From Candidatus Poribacteria bacterium (GTDB lineage: Bacteria; Poribacteria; WGA-4E; WGA-3G), in the NCBI GenBank assembly GCA_965214095.1, contig OZ243938.1:1888001-1952000 (forward strand): a stretch of DNA of 64,000 bases, given 5' to 3'. Positions 10,230 to 19,910 of the stretch are shown piece by piece (positions within the stretch are counted from its first letter, which is position 1; each line of letters begins with the position of its first letter). The position numbers were made by a program, and so were the translations under genes. Under the pieces are notes generated by a model that worked only from the letters and a program-made list of their open reading frames with translations, was not told the origin of the DNA and made no database searches.

Positions 10230-12122
10230 CTAAGTAAAGAACAGATAGTATGCAAGAAAGACTACGATACCAATAACCATTGATACAATATAGACTTGAA
10301 CGTGTCCGGTTTGTAGTCTGCGTAACAATCCACCTATTGCTCTGATGAGTGCGGCGACACCGTTGACAATTCCGTCAATAATACCACTATCAAACAGTTT
10401 CCATAACAAGAAATGAGAAACGTTTTTGATTGGCTGAACGATGAATGTATTGTATATCTCATCAACATAGAACTTGTTAGCAACAAGCCTTTGTAATGCG
10501 TTTGTAGGTTCTGCTGAAGGCACACGATTTTTATAACGTGTCCATGCATAAGCGATTCCGAGTATACCAACAATCGACGAAATAATCATAAACGGAATGG
10601 CACTACCTAATGCTTCACCGTGTTCAACTTTAAAACCTGATACTTTCTCCGTAAAGTGATGGAACCAACTATCATGTCCACCTACGCCTAATAGTAAACC
10701 GATAATTGCTGATGGAATTGCGAGAATAGCAAGCGGAACCCACATTACTGCGGGTGATTCATGGAGATGTGATTCTACTTCAGGATCTACACGAGATTCT
10801 CCGTAAAATGTCACAAAGATTAAACGGAACATGTAAAATGCTGTCAGGAATGCCGTTGCCAATCCGATGATATATATTATTTTTGAACTTCCCCACGCGC
10901 TGTGTAAGATCTCGTCTTTACTCCAAAATCCACTTAGGAATGGCGCGCCTGCAATTGCCAAAGCACCAACCAAAAATGTGATATGTGTAATCGGCAGTTT
11001 TTTTCGTAAACCACCCATTTTCCGTATGTCTAATTCATTTGCCATCGCGTGCATCACACTGCCAGCAGTTAGGAACATGAGTCCTTTGAAGAATGCGTGT
11101 GTCACTAAGTGGAAAATGCCAGATGCATACGCACCAACACCAACACCGACAAACATATATCCGAGTTGACTTACAGTAGAATAGGCAAGAATCCGTTTTA
11201 TATCGTTTTGTTTGAGTGCTATAATTGCAGCAAACAGAGCGGTTAACACACCAATCCAGGCGACAACGACTCCTGTTCCTGCGATGTTGTAAAGCACAGC
11301 GGAACGCGCTATCATATAGACACCTGCAGTAACCATAGTCGCGGCGTGTATTAATGCGCTAACGGGAGTTGGACCTTCCATTGCGTCTGGTAGCCATACA
11401 TAAAGAGGGATCTGTGCAGATTTGCCGATTGCACCAACGAAGAGAAGCATAGTAGCAACAGCGAGCGTGCTTACACCAAAAATCTTATCAAAATTATCAG
11501 CTTGAGCATTTTCAAAAATGGGTATGAAGTCCAGTGTACTGAATGCTGCAAACAAGGTGAACATTCCCAATAGGAAACCGAAATCGCCTATCCTATTGAC
11601 AATAAATGCCTTTTTTCCTGCATCCGTAGCAGATTGTTTCTCATACCAGAATCCGATTAATAAGTAAGAACACAATCCAACACCTTCCCATCCGACAAAC
11701 ATCATCAGGTAGTTGTTGCCAAGAACGAGAATTAGCATTGCGAATACAAACAGATTGAGGTAGGCAAAATAACGGGTATATCCTTCGTCTCCGTGCATAT
11801 AACCAATGGAGTATACGTGGATGAGAAACCCGACACCTGTAATAACCAGAAGCATTACGGTTGTCAAGGCATCAACGTGGAATCCGATACTAACATAATC
11901 TGAGATCCATGAATATAAGATCCCCGCTTCTCCCTCAAGCGTATTCCCAGCATCTACTGAGACGAATGCTATAATGGAACAAATTAAGGAAACAAGCACA
12001 GCAAGTGCACCAATTCCACCGCTTAACTTCTCTTTTCCTTTTAACCATTTGCCAAACAATCCGTTAATCAGAAACCCGACAAGTGGCGAAATTAATAGGA
12101 CAATTATTAAATCTCTTGGCAT
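10230..12122 (-). CDS. nuoL: NADH-quinone oxidoreductase subunit L
   Basis: GWEGVGLCSYLLIGFW, NRIGDFG, GKSAQIPLYVWLPDAMEGPTPVSALIHAATMVTAG. Confidence 0.97.
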   Translation of the reverse strand: MPRDLIIVLLISPLVGFLINGLFGKWLKGKEKLSGGIGALAVLVSLICSIIAFVSVDAGNTLEGEAGILYSWISDYVSIGFHVDALTTVMLLVITGVGFLIHVYSIGYMHGDEGYTRYFAYLNLFVFAMLILVLGNNYLMMFVGWEGVGLCSYLLIGFWYEKQSATDAGKKAFIVNRIGDFGFLLGMFTLFAAFSTLDFIPIFENAQADNFDKIFGVSTLAVATMLLFVGAIGKSAQIPLYVWLPDAMEGPTPVSALIHAATMVTAGVYMIARSAVLYNIAGTGVVVAWIGVLTALFAAIIALKQNDIKRILAYSTVSQLGYMFVGVGVGAYASGIFHLVTHAFFKGLMFLTAGSVMHAMANELDIRKMGGLRKKLPITHITFLVGALAIAGAPFLSGFWSKDEILHSAWGSSKIIYIIGLATAFLTAFYMFRLIFVTFYGESRVDPEVESHLHESPAVMWVPLAILAIPSAIIGLLLGVGGHDSWFHHFTEKVSGFKVEHGEALGSAIPFMIISSIVGILGIAYAWTRYKNRVPSAEPTNALQRLVANKFYVDEIYNTFIVQPIKNVSHFLLWKLFDSGIIDGIVNGVAALIRAIGGLLRRLQTGHVQVYIVSMVIGIVVFLAYYLFFT

Positions 12123-12125
12123 ACT

Positions 12126-12425
12126 TTATCCTTTTAGCGAATTTACTTCATCCACATTAATTGTTTCACGATGTTTGAAAACACTCACAATAATTGCTAA
12201 TCCGATGGCGACTTCTGCAGCAGCAACAGCCATCACGAAAAAGACGAACAACTGTCCATCTGGATCACCAAGACTACGACTGATTGCCACAAAGGCAAGG
12301 TTCGCTGCGTTTAACATTAGTTCAATACACATAAAGATGATAATTGCGTTTCTACGGATGAGAACGCCAATAACACCTATTGTGAACAGAAGTGCACTTA
12401 AGACAAGATAATATTCTAATGACAT
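12126..12425 (-). CDS. nuoK: NADH-quinone oxidoreductase subunit K
   Basis: [30 protein letters not shown]. Confidence 0.97.
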   Translation of the reverse strand: MSLEYYLVLSALLFTIGVIGVLIRRNAIIIFMCIELMLNAANLAFVAISRSLGDPDGQLFVFFVMAVAAAEVAIGLAIIVSVFKHRETINVDEVNSLKG

Positions 12426-12432
12426 AAAATAG

Positions 12433-12512
12433 TTTTCAGTTGTCAGTTATCAGTTGTCAAAGAAGGGTCGTCAGAAAAGCGATTGATAGCCGATAACTGC
12501 TGACTAATGACT
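12433..12512. repeat. Degenerate heptamer tandem repeats in inverted arrangement (TT[G/A]TCAG ... [C/T]GA[T/C]A-like)
   Basis: ttttcagttgtcagttatcagttgtcaa at 12433-12460, then tgatagccgataactgctgactaatgact at 12484-12512, in the nuoJ-nuoK spacer. Confidence 0.55.
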
Positions 12513-12547
12513 CCTTAGTAGTTGTGGCACTATACCCAAAACCATAG

Positions 12548-13096
12548 TTAACTTTCTGTTTGATTATCACGTTTTACCAAGACAATAACACCTATCAACG
12601 CTGCCAACAAAATAAGCGAGGTAACTTCAAAAGGCAAGAGGTATTCAGTAAACAGAAGTTCACCAATATCATAAGTTTCAATTGGATTATTTGCGAGGGC
12701 AGTTGCTTTCTCCATTGCATCCGCAGATCCGACCTCAGTATCAGTGAATGCATTGACAGCAATGAAGATGCCTTGTGCTGCCAACAGTATCCCTAAGACG
12801 ACAGCAACGCCTTTCAGTTTGCCTGTGAGTGCTCCCTGTGCAGAGAGTGTGCCAAGGTTCAGCAGCATAATCACAAAGAGGAACAGCACCATAATTGCGC
12901 CAGCGTAAACTATCACTTGAACAGCAGCTACGAAGTGCGCGCCTAAAAGCACAAACAGTCCTGCTTGTGCGAAAAAAGTTACGATAAGTGAAAGTGCACT
13001 GTAAATCGGGTGTCGAAAGGAGATGACAGAAATCGCACCGATTAACGATACTGCACCAAATATGAAAAATAGAATCATTTCTGCGGTCATTGGCAT
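12548..13096 (-). CDS. nuoJ: NADH-quinone oxidoreductase subunit J
   Basis: QVIVYAGAIMVLFLFVIMLL, YLLPFEVTSLILL. Confidence 0.96.
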   Translation of the reverse strand: MPMTAEMILFFIFGAVSLIGAISVISFRHPIYSALSLIVTFFAQAGLFVLLGAHFVAAVQVIVYAGAIMVLFLFVIMLLNLGTLSAQGALTGKLKGVAVVLGILLAAQGIFIAVNAFTDTEVGSADAMEKATALANNPIETYDIGELLFTEYLLPFEVTSLILLAALIGVIVLVKRDNQTES

Positions 13097-13101
13097 TTCT
13101 C

Positions 13102-14304
13102 CTATTCTACTGCGTCTAACCCGCGAAGCGGTGCTGCATCAGGTATTGCCTGTGTTGAAGATTTGCTGTTATTGTCCAAGGCAAGAATGCCTGCAACGAT
13201 AGCAACGACGATGAACGCTGCCACTACGTTCCCGATTCCTATCCAAAGACGATTCCCGTTAGTCATAACCCACAAAGTTCCGGTTACTACGATTGATGTC
13301 AACGCAACAGGTAATAGGAATTTCCAACCGAAGTTCATCAGTTGGTCATAACGGAAACGTGGAAGTGTCCAACGGACCCAAATAAATATAAACAGGAAAA
13401 TCCCTGTCTTGATAAAGAAGATAGCAAACGAGATAAGTCCAGCAAGTATGGACCCTTCTCCACCTATGTTTTCCAATCCGAAGAAGTGCCATCCACCTAA
13501 GAATAGCGTTACAACCACTGCAGACCCGACAATCATATTCATATATTCTGCCATAAAGAAGATGGCAAATTTCATACTGCTATATTCGGTATGATAACCC
13601 GCGACAAGTTCTTGTTCCGCTTCAGCGAGGTCAAACGGTAGTCGGTTTGTTTCGGCAAACATTGCTGTTGTAAATGCGAGGAAAGCAGGGAAGTGTATCA
13701 GGAAGTTCCATTCCCACATGTTTGATCCCTGTTCTTTAGCAATTGTGCGTAGACTGAGAGACTCGGAAAGCATCAGCACACCGATAATTGCCAAACCGAG
13801 TGTCAATTCGTAGCTTATCATTTGTGCAGATGAACGTAAACCACCTAAAAGCGAGTATTTGTTATTTGAAGCCCACGCACCGATAACCACACCGTAAACA
13901 CCGAGAGAGGCTATCGCTAAGATATACAGAATGCCGACGTTAATGTCTGCAATCTGTAGAGATATAGGATCATCAAGTCCGGCTATCAAGATATCGCCTC
14001 CGAAAGGCACTACAGCAATGGTGATCATCGCTGGAATTAAGAGCATAGCGGGGGCAAGTACGTAGAGTGGCTTATCAACGTGATTTGGGATAAGGTCTTC
14101 TTTAAATAGGAACTTAATACCATCTGCGATAGGTTGGAGGAGTCCTTGCGGTCCGACTCGATTCGGTCCGAGGCGATCCTGCATCCACCCACTAACTCTG
14201 CGTTCTGACCAAATCATCGCCATGACACCGATAACCAACAGATGTGCAATGAAGAGTACTTTTATGATTGGAATAATAATCTGTTCTAATATGTTTATTT
14301 CCAT
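13102..14304 (-). CDS. nuoH: NADH-quinone oxidoreductase subunit H
   Basis: ERRVSGWMQDRLGPNRVGP, ETNRLPFDLAEAEQELVAGYHTEYS, PRFRYDQL. Confidence 0.97.
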   Translation of the reverse strand: MEINILEQIIIPIIKVLFIAHLLVIGVMAMIWSERRVSGWMQDRLGPNRVGPQGLLQPIADGIKFLFKEDLIPNHVDKPLYVLAPAMLLIPAMITIAVVPFGGDILIAGLDDPISLQIADINVGILYILAIASLGVYGVVIGAWASNNKYSLLGGLRSSAQMISYELTLGLAIIGVLMLSESLSLRTIAKEQGSNMWEWNFLIHFPAFLAFTTAMFAETNRLPFDLAEAEQELVAGYHTEYSSMKFAIFFMAEYMNMIVGSAVVVTLFLGGWHFFGLENIGGEGSILAGLISFAIFFIKTGIFLFIFIWVRWTLPRFRYDQLMNFGWKFLLPVALTSIVVTGTLWVMTNGNRLWIGIGNVVAAFIVVAIVAGILALDNNSKSSTQAIPDAAPLRGLDAVE

Positions 14305-14338
14305 GAATTCTCCTTCTTGATGACGCGCATTATTGAAG

Positions 14339-15997
14339 TTACGCTAACTTAATCCCCGCATCTCCAATATTCTGATGTGTTGCGTCACCGTAACCCTCTA
14401 CATTCTCTGAAATAGCTATGGCAACTTCACCCGCGAAGTGGTAGTCAATTTCTCCATCCAACTGTTTGGCAAGTTGCTGTATAATTTCCCAATCAACTTG
14501 TGCTTCGCCGGGTGGGTCAATTGCTTTGCGAATCCGTTGTACCCATCCGGTAGAATTCGTGAATGTGCCATCTTTTTCAGCGAAAGTTGTGCCTGGAAGT
14601 ACAACATCGGCTAATTCCGTAACCGCTGATGGTAGCACATCTTGCACAATGAGAAATTCAACCTTTTCTAACGCTTCTCTTTCAGCATCCTCAAGTGAAC
14701 GGTCAGGTGCGCCGTTAACGAGATAGACAACTTTTGCGTCTGCGACTTTTTCCCAGAGTACATCCCCTTCTAAAACGACGTTGCCGTTTGCAGAACCGAG
14801 TATTGTTCGCGCACCTGCTGTGTTTGGGTTCTTGTCCGCTTCAATGGTAAATTGCGGGAATTTGTGCTCTTCACCGGGTTGCTGACCAAAGAGTCCTAAT
14901 TGGGTGGTCTTCAGCACATCGTGTGCGAATTGTTGTAGGACATAATTATCTTCGTTTGTGCCTTGTGCTGAACCGATAACAACAATGTCGTCTGCTTCAG
15001 CTTCCGATAATTTTTCAGTAATCAGCGTAAGTGCATCTGACCACTGTGTTGTCGTATGTTCACCATCAACCTTTTTTAGCGGCAGTTGGAGTCTGTCATC
15101 ACTATTGACATAATGATATCCAAGTCGACCATCATCACACATCCAATGTTGGTTTATGTCTCCATGAAAACGGGGTTTAATACGATAGAGTCCATCTGTT
15201 TTATACTCAACCGTGACATTACATCCGACACTACATCCTGAACAGATGCTATTTGCCTTTTCCATAAACCACGGACGAGATTTGAACAAGAAATCTTTGC
15301 TAATCAAAGCACCGACTGGACAGATATCAACAACATTTCCTGCGAGTTTGTTGTCTAGTAACTGAATGGGAGTTCCCTCATGGCTTCGTGGAATATCAAT
15401 CTCATCGTGTGAACCGCGATTGATTAGACCGAGTTCTCCGCTCCCCGAAACTTCATCACAGAATCGGATACACCGTGTGCAGACAATACAACGTGTTGAA
15501 TAGAGCAGAATATCTGGACCTAAGTCTTTCTTTGGTGGAACGTTTTTGACTTCTATGTAACGGCTTTTATCATGTCCATGCCGATAACTAAAGTCTTGCA
15601 AATCGCATTCACCTGCTTGATCACAGACGGGACAGTCAAGTGGATGATGTACGAGTAGAAATTCAAGGATATCCTCTCGCGCCTTAATGACACGAGGACT
15701 ATCAGTTTGTACAATTGCGTCATACTTTTCGTCCAGTTTTCTTTCCGGTGGAGCAGATCGGACAGACGTTGTGCATCCTGTTGCTAATTGTCGTATGGGA
15801 ACAGCGGGTGTGCCTGGTGGTGCCCCTGGCGGTGGCGCGTAGGTCTCAATGAGACACATGCGGCAGTTTGCAGGACGACTCAAGCCAGGATGATAGCAAT
15901 AGTGCGGCACCTCAATGCCGTGTTGCTTTGCTGCTTCAACTATATTCGTTCCATCTTCAACCTCTATTTCAAGGTCGTTCAGTTTAATAAATGCCAT
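14339..15997 (-). CDS. nuoG: NADH-quinone oxidoreductase subunit G (compact, 552 aa)
   Basis: CYHPGL..ANCRMC (N1b), HPLDCPVCDQAGEC (N5), CIVCTRC..C (N4), CSGCSVGC...C (N7-type). Confidence 0.93.
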   Translation of the reverse strand: MAFIKLNDLEIEVEDGTNIVEAAKQHGIEVPHYCYHPGLSRPANCRMCLIETYAPPPGAPPGTPAVPIRQLATGCTTSVRSAPPERKLDEKYDAIVQTDSPRVIKAREDILEFLLVHHPLDCPVCDQAGECDLQDFSYRHGHDKSRYIEVKNVPPKKDLGPDILLYSTRCIVCTRCIRFCDEVSGSGELGLINRGSHDEIDIPRSHEGTPIQLLDNKLAGNVVDICPVGALISKDFLFKSRPWFMEKANSICSGCSVGCNVTVEYKTDGLYRIKPRFHGDINQHWMCDDGRLGYHYVNSDDRLQLPLKKVDGEHTTTQWSDALTLITEKLSEAEADDIVVIGSAQGTNEDNYVLQQFAHDVLKTTQLGLFGQQPGEEHKFPQFTIEADKNPNTAGARTILGSANGNVVLEGDVLWEKVADAKVVYLVNGAPDRSLEDAEREALEKVEFLIVQDVLPSAVTELADVVLPGTTFAEKDGTFTNSTGWVQRIRKAIDPPGEAQVDWEIIQQLAKQLDGEIDYHFAGEVAIAISENVEGYGDATHQNIGDAGIKLA

Positions 15998-16023
15998 AAA
16001 TATTACTCCAATGGCTTTCGGTT

Positions 16024-17517
16024 TCAGTCTTCAGTCGTTTCTTGTAATTCAGAGAACTCTTTCGGTATAAACCGTTGCTGGTAAGCGTAATTTTCCTCTG
16101 GTGGTACTGTCGCTTCAGCAACAGGTAGTGTAACGAGTTTGTTTTCTCGGATAGCTGCTTCAAATTCAGGTCTGAACTTACGCATATAACTCACTGCGGG
16201 CCACGATACAGCGATACCAAAGACGCAGATAGTGTTCCATGTCATCGTATCTACATTCGCAATGTTGTTCGCGACGTTTTCGAGTAGGTCAAGGTCTTCG
16301 TAGATTTCCTCTGTTTCCCCAGTATCTCCCCACCTACCGCTTTCGGTGACACCAAATTTTGGTCGTGTGATAGTTGTTTGCCTACCCTCTCCATCAGCGA
16401 TGCGTTGGACAATATCACGTACCCACGGTGTACCCCATCGGCACGGTGTGCATTGTCCACACGATTCATGTGCGTAGAATTTCATGATATTAAGCAGACA
16501 ATCAACGATATTTCGCGTTTCATTCATCACAATGATGCCACCCGAACCGAGCATCGATTTCGCAAGTGTGAGGGATGTAAAATCAAGACGTGTATCTAAT
16601 TCGTAATGTGTCAAGATTGGTGCGGAACTTCCGCCAGGAATTACTGCTTTTACTTCTTCACCCCGTAAACCGCCTGCTACTTCAATGAGTTCAGTGCATG
16701 TCAAGCCGAGTTCCAATTCATAAACACCCGGTTCGTTGACATCACCACTGATACAGTAAAGTTTTGTGCCTGTATTCGGATCGGGTTTTGGTGGGTCAAA
16801 TCGACCGTCACCATACGTCGGTCCCATCTGTGTGTACCATTCCACACCGTTGCCAACGATGAAGGGTAGGTTACACAAAGTTTCTACATTCTGCACGACG
16901 GTAGGTTTCATAAACACACCTTCAACAGCAGGGAAAGGTGGTTTATTGCGGGGTTGTCCACGTTTGCCTTCCAACGATTCAATCAATCCTGTCTCTTCAC
17001 CACAGATGTACGCACCTGCTCCCGGATGTGTGTAGATGTTAATATTTAATCCTGTGCCGCGGACATTCTCCCCAAGGTAACCTTGTTCGTAAGCTTCTTT
17101 GAGTGCGGCATCCAACATCTTTTTACCAAGTGTGAACTCACCACGAATGTAGACATAAGTGGTCTCAATACCCATCGCATAACAGCAAATCAGGATGCCT
17201 TCAATGAGCAAATGTGGATTCTTTTCCAAGACATAACGATTACTGAATGTTCCAGGTTCACTCTCGTCGGCATTGCAACAGAGGTAACGCGGTTCAATAT
17301 CTTTGGGGACAAAACTCCATTTTAACCCCGTAGAAAAACCGGCACCACCTCTACCCTTCAATCCAGAATCCATCACCATTTTAGCGATGTCGTCTGGTTG
17401 ATATTCGGCAATTGCCTTTTCAAAACGGGTGTAACCTTCATGTTGTCTATAGACATCAAAGGTATTTATATTCGGTACATCCAGATGCTCGTAGAGAATC
17501 CGTTTTTCTTGAACCAT
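16024..17517 (-). CDS. nuoF: NADH-quinone oxidoreductase subunit F
   Basis: GLKGRGGAGF, NADESEPG, GAYICGEET, ESCGQCTPCR...TIC. Confidence 0.97.
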   Translation of the reverse strand: MVQEKRILYEHLDVPNINTFDVYRQHEGYTRFEKAIAEYQPDDIAKMVMDSGLKGRGGAGFSTGLKWSFVPKDIEPRYLCCNADESEPGTFSNRYVLEKNPHLLIEGILICCYAMGIETTYVYIRGEFTLGKKMLDAALKEAYEQGYLGENVRGTGLNINIYTHPGAGAYICGEETGLIESLEGKRGQPRNKPPFPAVEGVFMKPTVVQNVETLCNLPFIVGNGVEWYTQMGPTYGDGRFDPPKPDPNTGTKLYCISGDVNEPGVYELELGLTCTELIEVAGGLRGEEVKAVIPGGSSAPILTHYELDTRLDFTSLTLAKSMLGSGGIIVMNETRNIVDCLLNIMKFYAHESCGQCTPCRWGTPWVRDIVQRIADGEGRQTTITRPKFGVTESGRWGDTGETEEIYEDLDLLENVANNIANVDTMTWNTICVFGIAVSWPAVSYMRKFRPEFEAAIRENKLVTLPVAEATVPPEENYAYQQRFIPKEFSELQETTED

Positions 17518-17557
17518 AATTTTCCTCTACATATTGTCTACTTTAGTATAGAAAGTT

Positions 17558-18082
17558 TTAGTTTGCAAGTTCTGCTAAAATTTCATCAACTTTTTCGGGT
17601 GTCAAATTCTTATATAAATCGTCATTTACCATGATAACGGGAGCGACATCACATGAAGCAAGACATTCTACCTTCATTAAAGTGAACTTACCATCATCAG
17701 TTGTTCCTTTTGCCAGATTTGTTTCCGATGCCACGTCTGTCCCGAGTTTTGTTTTGAGATGATCCAAAACTACCTTACAGTCGCGGAGGGCACAAGGTAA
17801 CGTATGACAGATACGTATTACATATTCACCCACCGGTTCCTCAAAGAACATCGGATAGAAGGTCACCACATCCTTTACCTTCATGACAGTGACCTCCAAC
17901 AGTTCTGCCACATACCGCATCACAGCAGGGGTGATATAACCCTCTTGCTGTTGTGCAAGGTGGAGTGTTGGTAGCATTGCTGCTTCTTTTACAGGGTATC
18001 GACCAATCAGTTCGTCAAATACTTGTTTGTTTTCTTCGTTAAACTGAAATGGTGTTTCAATTTGTATTATTTCATCTGACAT
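17558..18082 (-). CDS. nuoE: NADH-quinone oxidoreductase subunit E
   Basis: VVTFYPMF, ICHTLPCAL, ECLASCDVAP (2Fe-2S N1a). Confidence 0.96.
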   Translation of the reverse strand: MSDEIIQIETPFQFNEENKQVFDELIGRYPVKEAAMLPTLHLAQQQEGYITPAVMRYVAELLEVTVMKVKDVVTFYPMFFEEPVGEYVIRICHTLPCALRDCKVVLDHLKTKLGTDVASETNLAKGTTDDGKFTLMKVECLASCDVAPVIMVNDDLYKNLTPEKVDEILAELAN

Positions 18083-18197
18083 CTATGTTTTCCTTTTCTT
18101 GACTATCAGCGGTTCCACAACATTTAACTTGCTGCTACGAATGCTTCTTGTCCATTTTATGTCTCTAATCTCCCAAATAACGGAGTTCTACTACTTT

Positions 18198-18416
18198 TCA
18201 TAATAACCATTTAAGTATCTTGCGAAATACTTTACTAAAAGGATTATCCCATATCATATCCAATCCCCACTGGATGAAGAGGACAAGTAATAGGATCACA
18301 CAAAGTCCAGAAGCACGAATCAAACTTTCTTGCCATGTAAGCTTAGATTTTAGAATTAACCTTGGAAACCAATGAAAGTAACCCCATATTACTAAAAATA
18401 TGAGAATTTTATCCAT
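18198..18416 (-). CDS. Small hypothetical membrane protein
   Basis: 72 aa, two hydrophobic segments, GAGG RBS upstream, co-oriented with the operon. Confidence 0.5.
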   Translation of the reverse strand: MDKILIFLVIWGYFHWFPRLILKSKLTWQESLIRASGLCVILLLVLFIQWGLDMIWDNPFSKVFRKILKWLL

Positions 18417-18610
18417 CTGTCGCCTCGTTAAGGTACATTCTAATCCTTTTTAAGGAAAATCATTTGATTCTAATAGTCCTTGAGCAGGTGTATAGGTAAA
18501 TACTGTTGAAATCGGAAAAATCACTATTACCATCAATATTCTAAACCAAACATTTTTAATCATGAGCATCATCCTTATTCTATCCGAACTCATCATTTTA
18601 TTCAAAACTG

Positions 18611-18817
18611 CTACAATTCGTTTTCTTCAATGCCACTGAATTTCATCAGATTTCTCTGTAACCCACGTTTAAGTGCCTTATTCCCGTGCACAGGCACGGA
18701 AATCCGGACCGGAACTCCATCTTTACCATAAATGTGGTGGCTGCCTTTAATTCGCTTTAACTCCCAATTGTGCTTTTCTAATAAACGGCAAAACGCTTTA
18801 CCGGTTAACACTTTCAA
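18611..18817 (-). CDS. hicA: HicA-family mRNA interferase toxin
   Basis: 68 aa; [23 protein letters not shown]. Confidence 0.9.
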   Translation of the reverse strand: MKVLTGKAFCRLLEKHNWELKRIKGSHHIYGKDGVPVRISVPVHGNKALKRGLQRNLMKFSGIEENEL

Positions 18818-19017
18818 ACAGCTATCTCCATCACTCTATCATTTTCTGTTATTTTTATAGTGTTAACATCTACAGATAAACATCCCTCAATTGCTTCATA
18901 AATGTTTTCAAGCAATTCTTCAAAGGTGTCACCTTGTGTGGCACAACCGGCGATTGATGGCACTTCTGCCCAATATCCGCCTTCTTCAGCTTCGTGAATA
19001 ACAACCTTTAGTTTCAT
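18814..19017 (-). CDS. hicB: HicB-family antitoxin (short, no DNA-binding domain)
   Basis: [33 protein letters not shown]; overlaps the hicA start. Confidence 0.9.
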   Translation of the reverse strand: MKLKVVIHEAEEGGYWAEVPSIAGCATQGDTFEELLENIYEAIEGCLSVDVNTIKITENDRVMEIAV

Positions 19018-19068
19018 ACTATTTAACTCCACTCATTCAAAGTTATTTTATCTGTAGTTGACAGCAGA

Positions 19069-19458
19069 TTAACTGCTTGCTGTCAAACGAGTAATTTCTT
19101 CTAAGTCTTTTTCATAAGTACTATCACTGGAGAACTCCATCACGAAATCAGGTGCTTTCCCTTCCTCCCATGTTTTATACGTTTTACGTAGTTTTGGGTT
19201 TATACCAAAACAGACGAGCACATCTGGAGATATACATATACGTGGATCTCCCTCTCTGTAATACATCATTATATCGCCTGAGATATAGACTTCTGGGTTC
19301 TGTTCAAAATGTGCCTCAAGTGCCTGCAGCGTCCACATTAGTAATCGTCTATGGTAATCGCTTGCAGCCATGGGTTTTCCATCTTCTTCGGGATAATGGA
19401 TCGCATCGTGTGTAGGAACAAAAGGGATAGAGGAGTCTTCTGTATAAGTGCGTGCCAT
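19069..19458 (-). pseudogene. Uma2-family (PD-(D/E)XK) endonuclease-like gene, C-terminally truncated
   Basis: YPEEDGKPMA, ISPDVLV, WEEGKAPDFVMEFSS.ST...D, then stops at 129 aa before the usual K..LY..LG+.EYF segment. The break coincides with an inverted repeat (19058-19086). Confidence 0.65.
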
Positions 19459-19521
19459 TCTGTTTCTCCTTCAACAAAGGTTTTAATACTTTCGTTCCTA
19501 TTTCCCATCTTCATTCATGAG

Positions 19522-19887
19522 TTAGTATTTTCCCCAAAACTGAATTCGGTTTTTCTCTGGATCTCTAATGTCAAAACACGCAAGACCGTCCTCATTTTCC
19601 AAAGGTCTCAATCGCAACCCTTTTGATTTCAATTCTTGATGAACACCCCTCACACTTTCAACGTGAAGAACGACCTTCTGTCTACCTTCGTTCGGTTTGC
19701 TTGCACTGTGAAGACATAGTTTACATTCACCAGTGTTAAACCGAAAAAACCGATGTTCAGGAAAAGGCTGGTCTTCGTCTGGTGTTAATCCAACAACATC
19801 TCTATAAAATGCGATAACAGACTTCATGTCTTTCACAAAAAGGATGATGCCGCCAAGATACATGGTTATCTGTTCCCTTATTTTCAT
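19522..19887 (-). CDS. VOC/glyoxalase family protein
   Basis: LFVKDM..VIAFYRDVVGL and IRDPEKNRIQF motifs. Confidence 0.85.
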   Translation of the reverse strand: MKIREQITMYLGGIILFVKDMKSVIAFYRDVVGLTPDEDQPFPEHRFFRFNTGECKLCLHSASKPNEGRQKVVLHVESVRGVHQELKSKGLRLRPLENEDGLACFDIRDPEKNRIQFWGKY

Positions 19888-19910
19888 AGAAGGATGTTGT
19901 GCTAAAGAGG

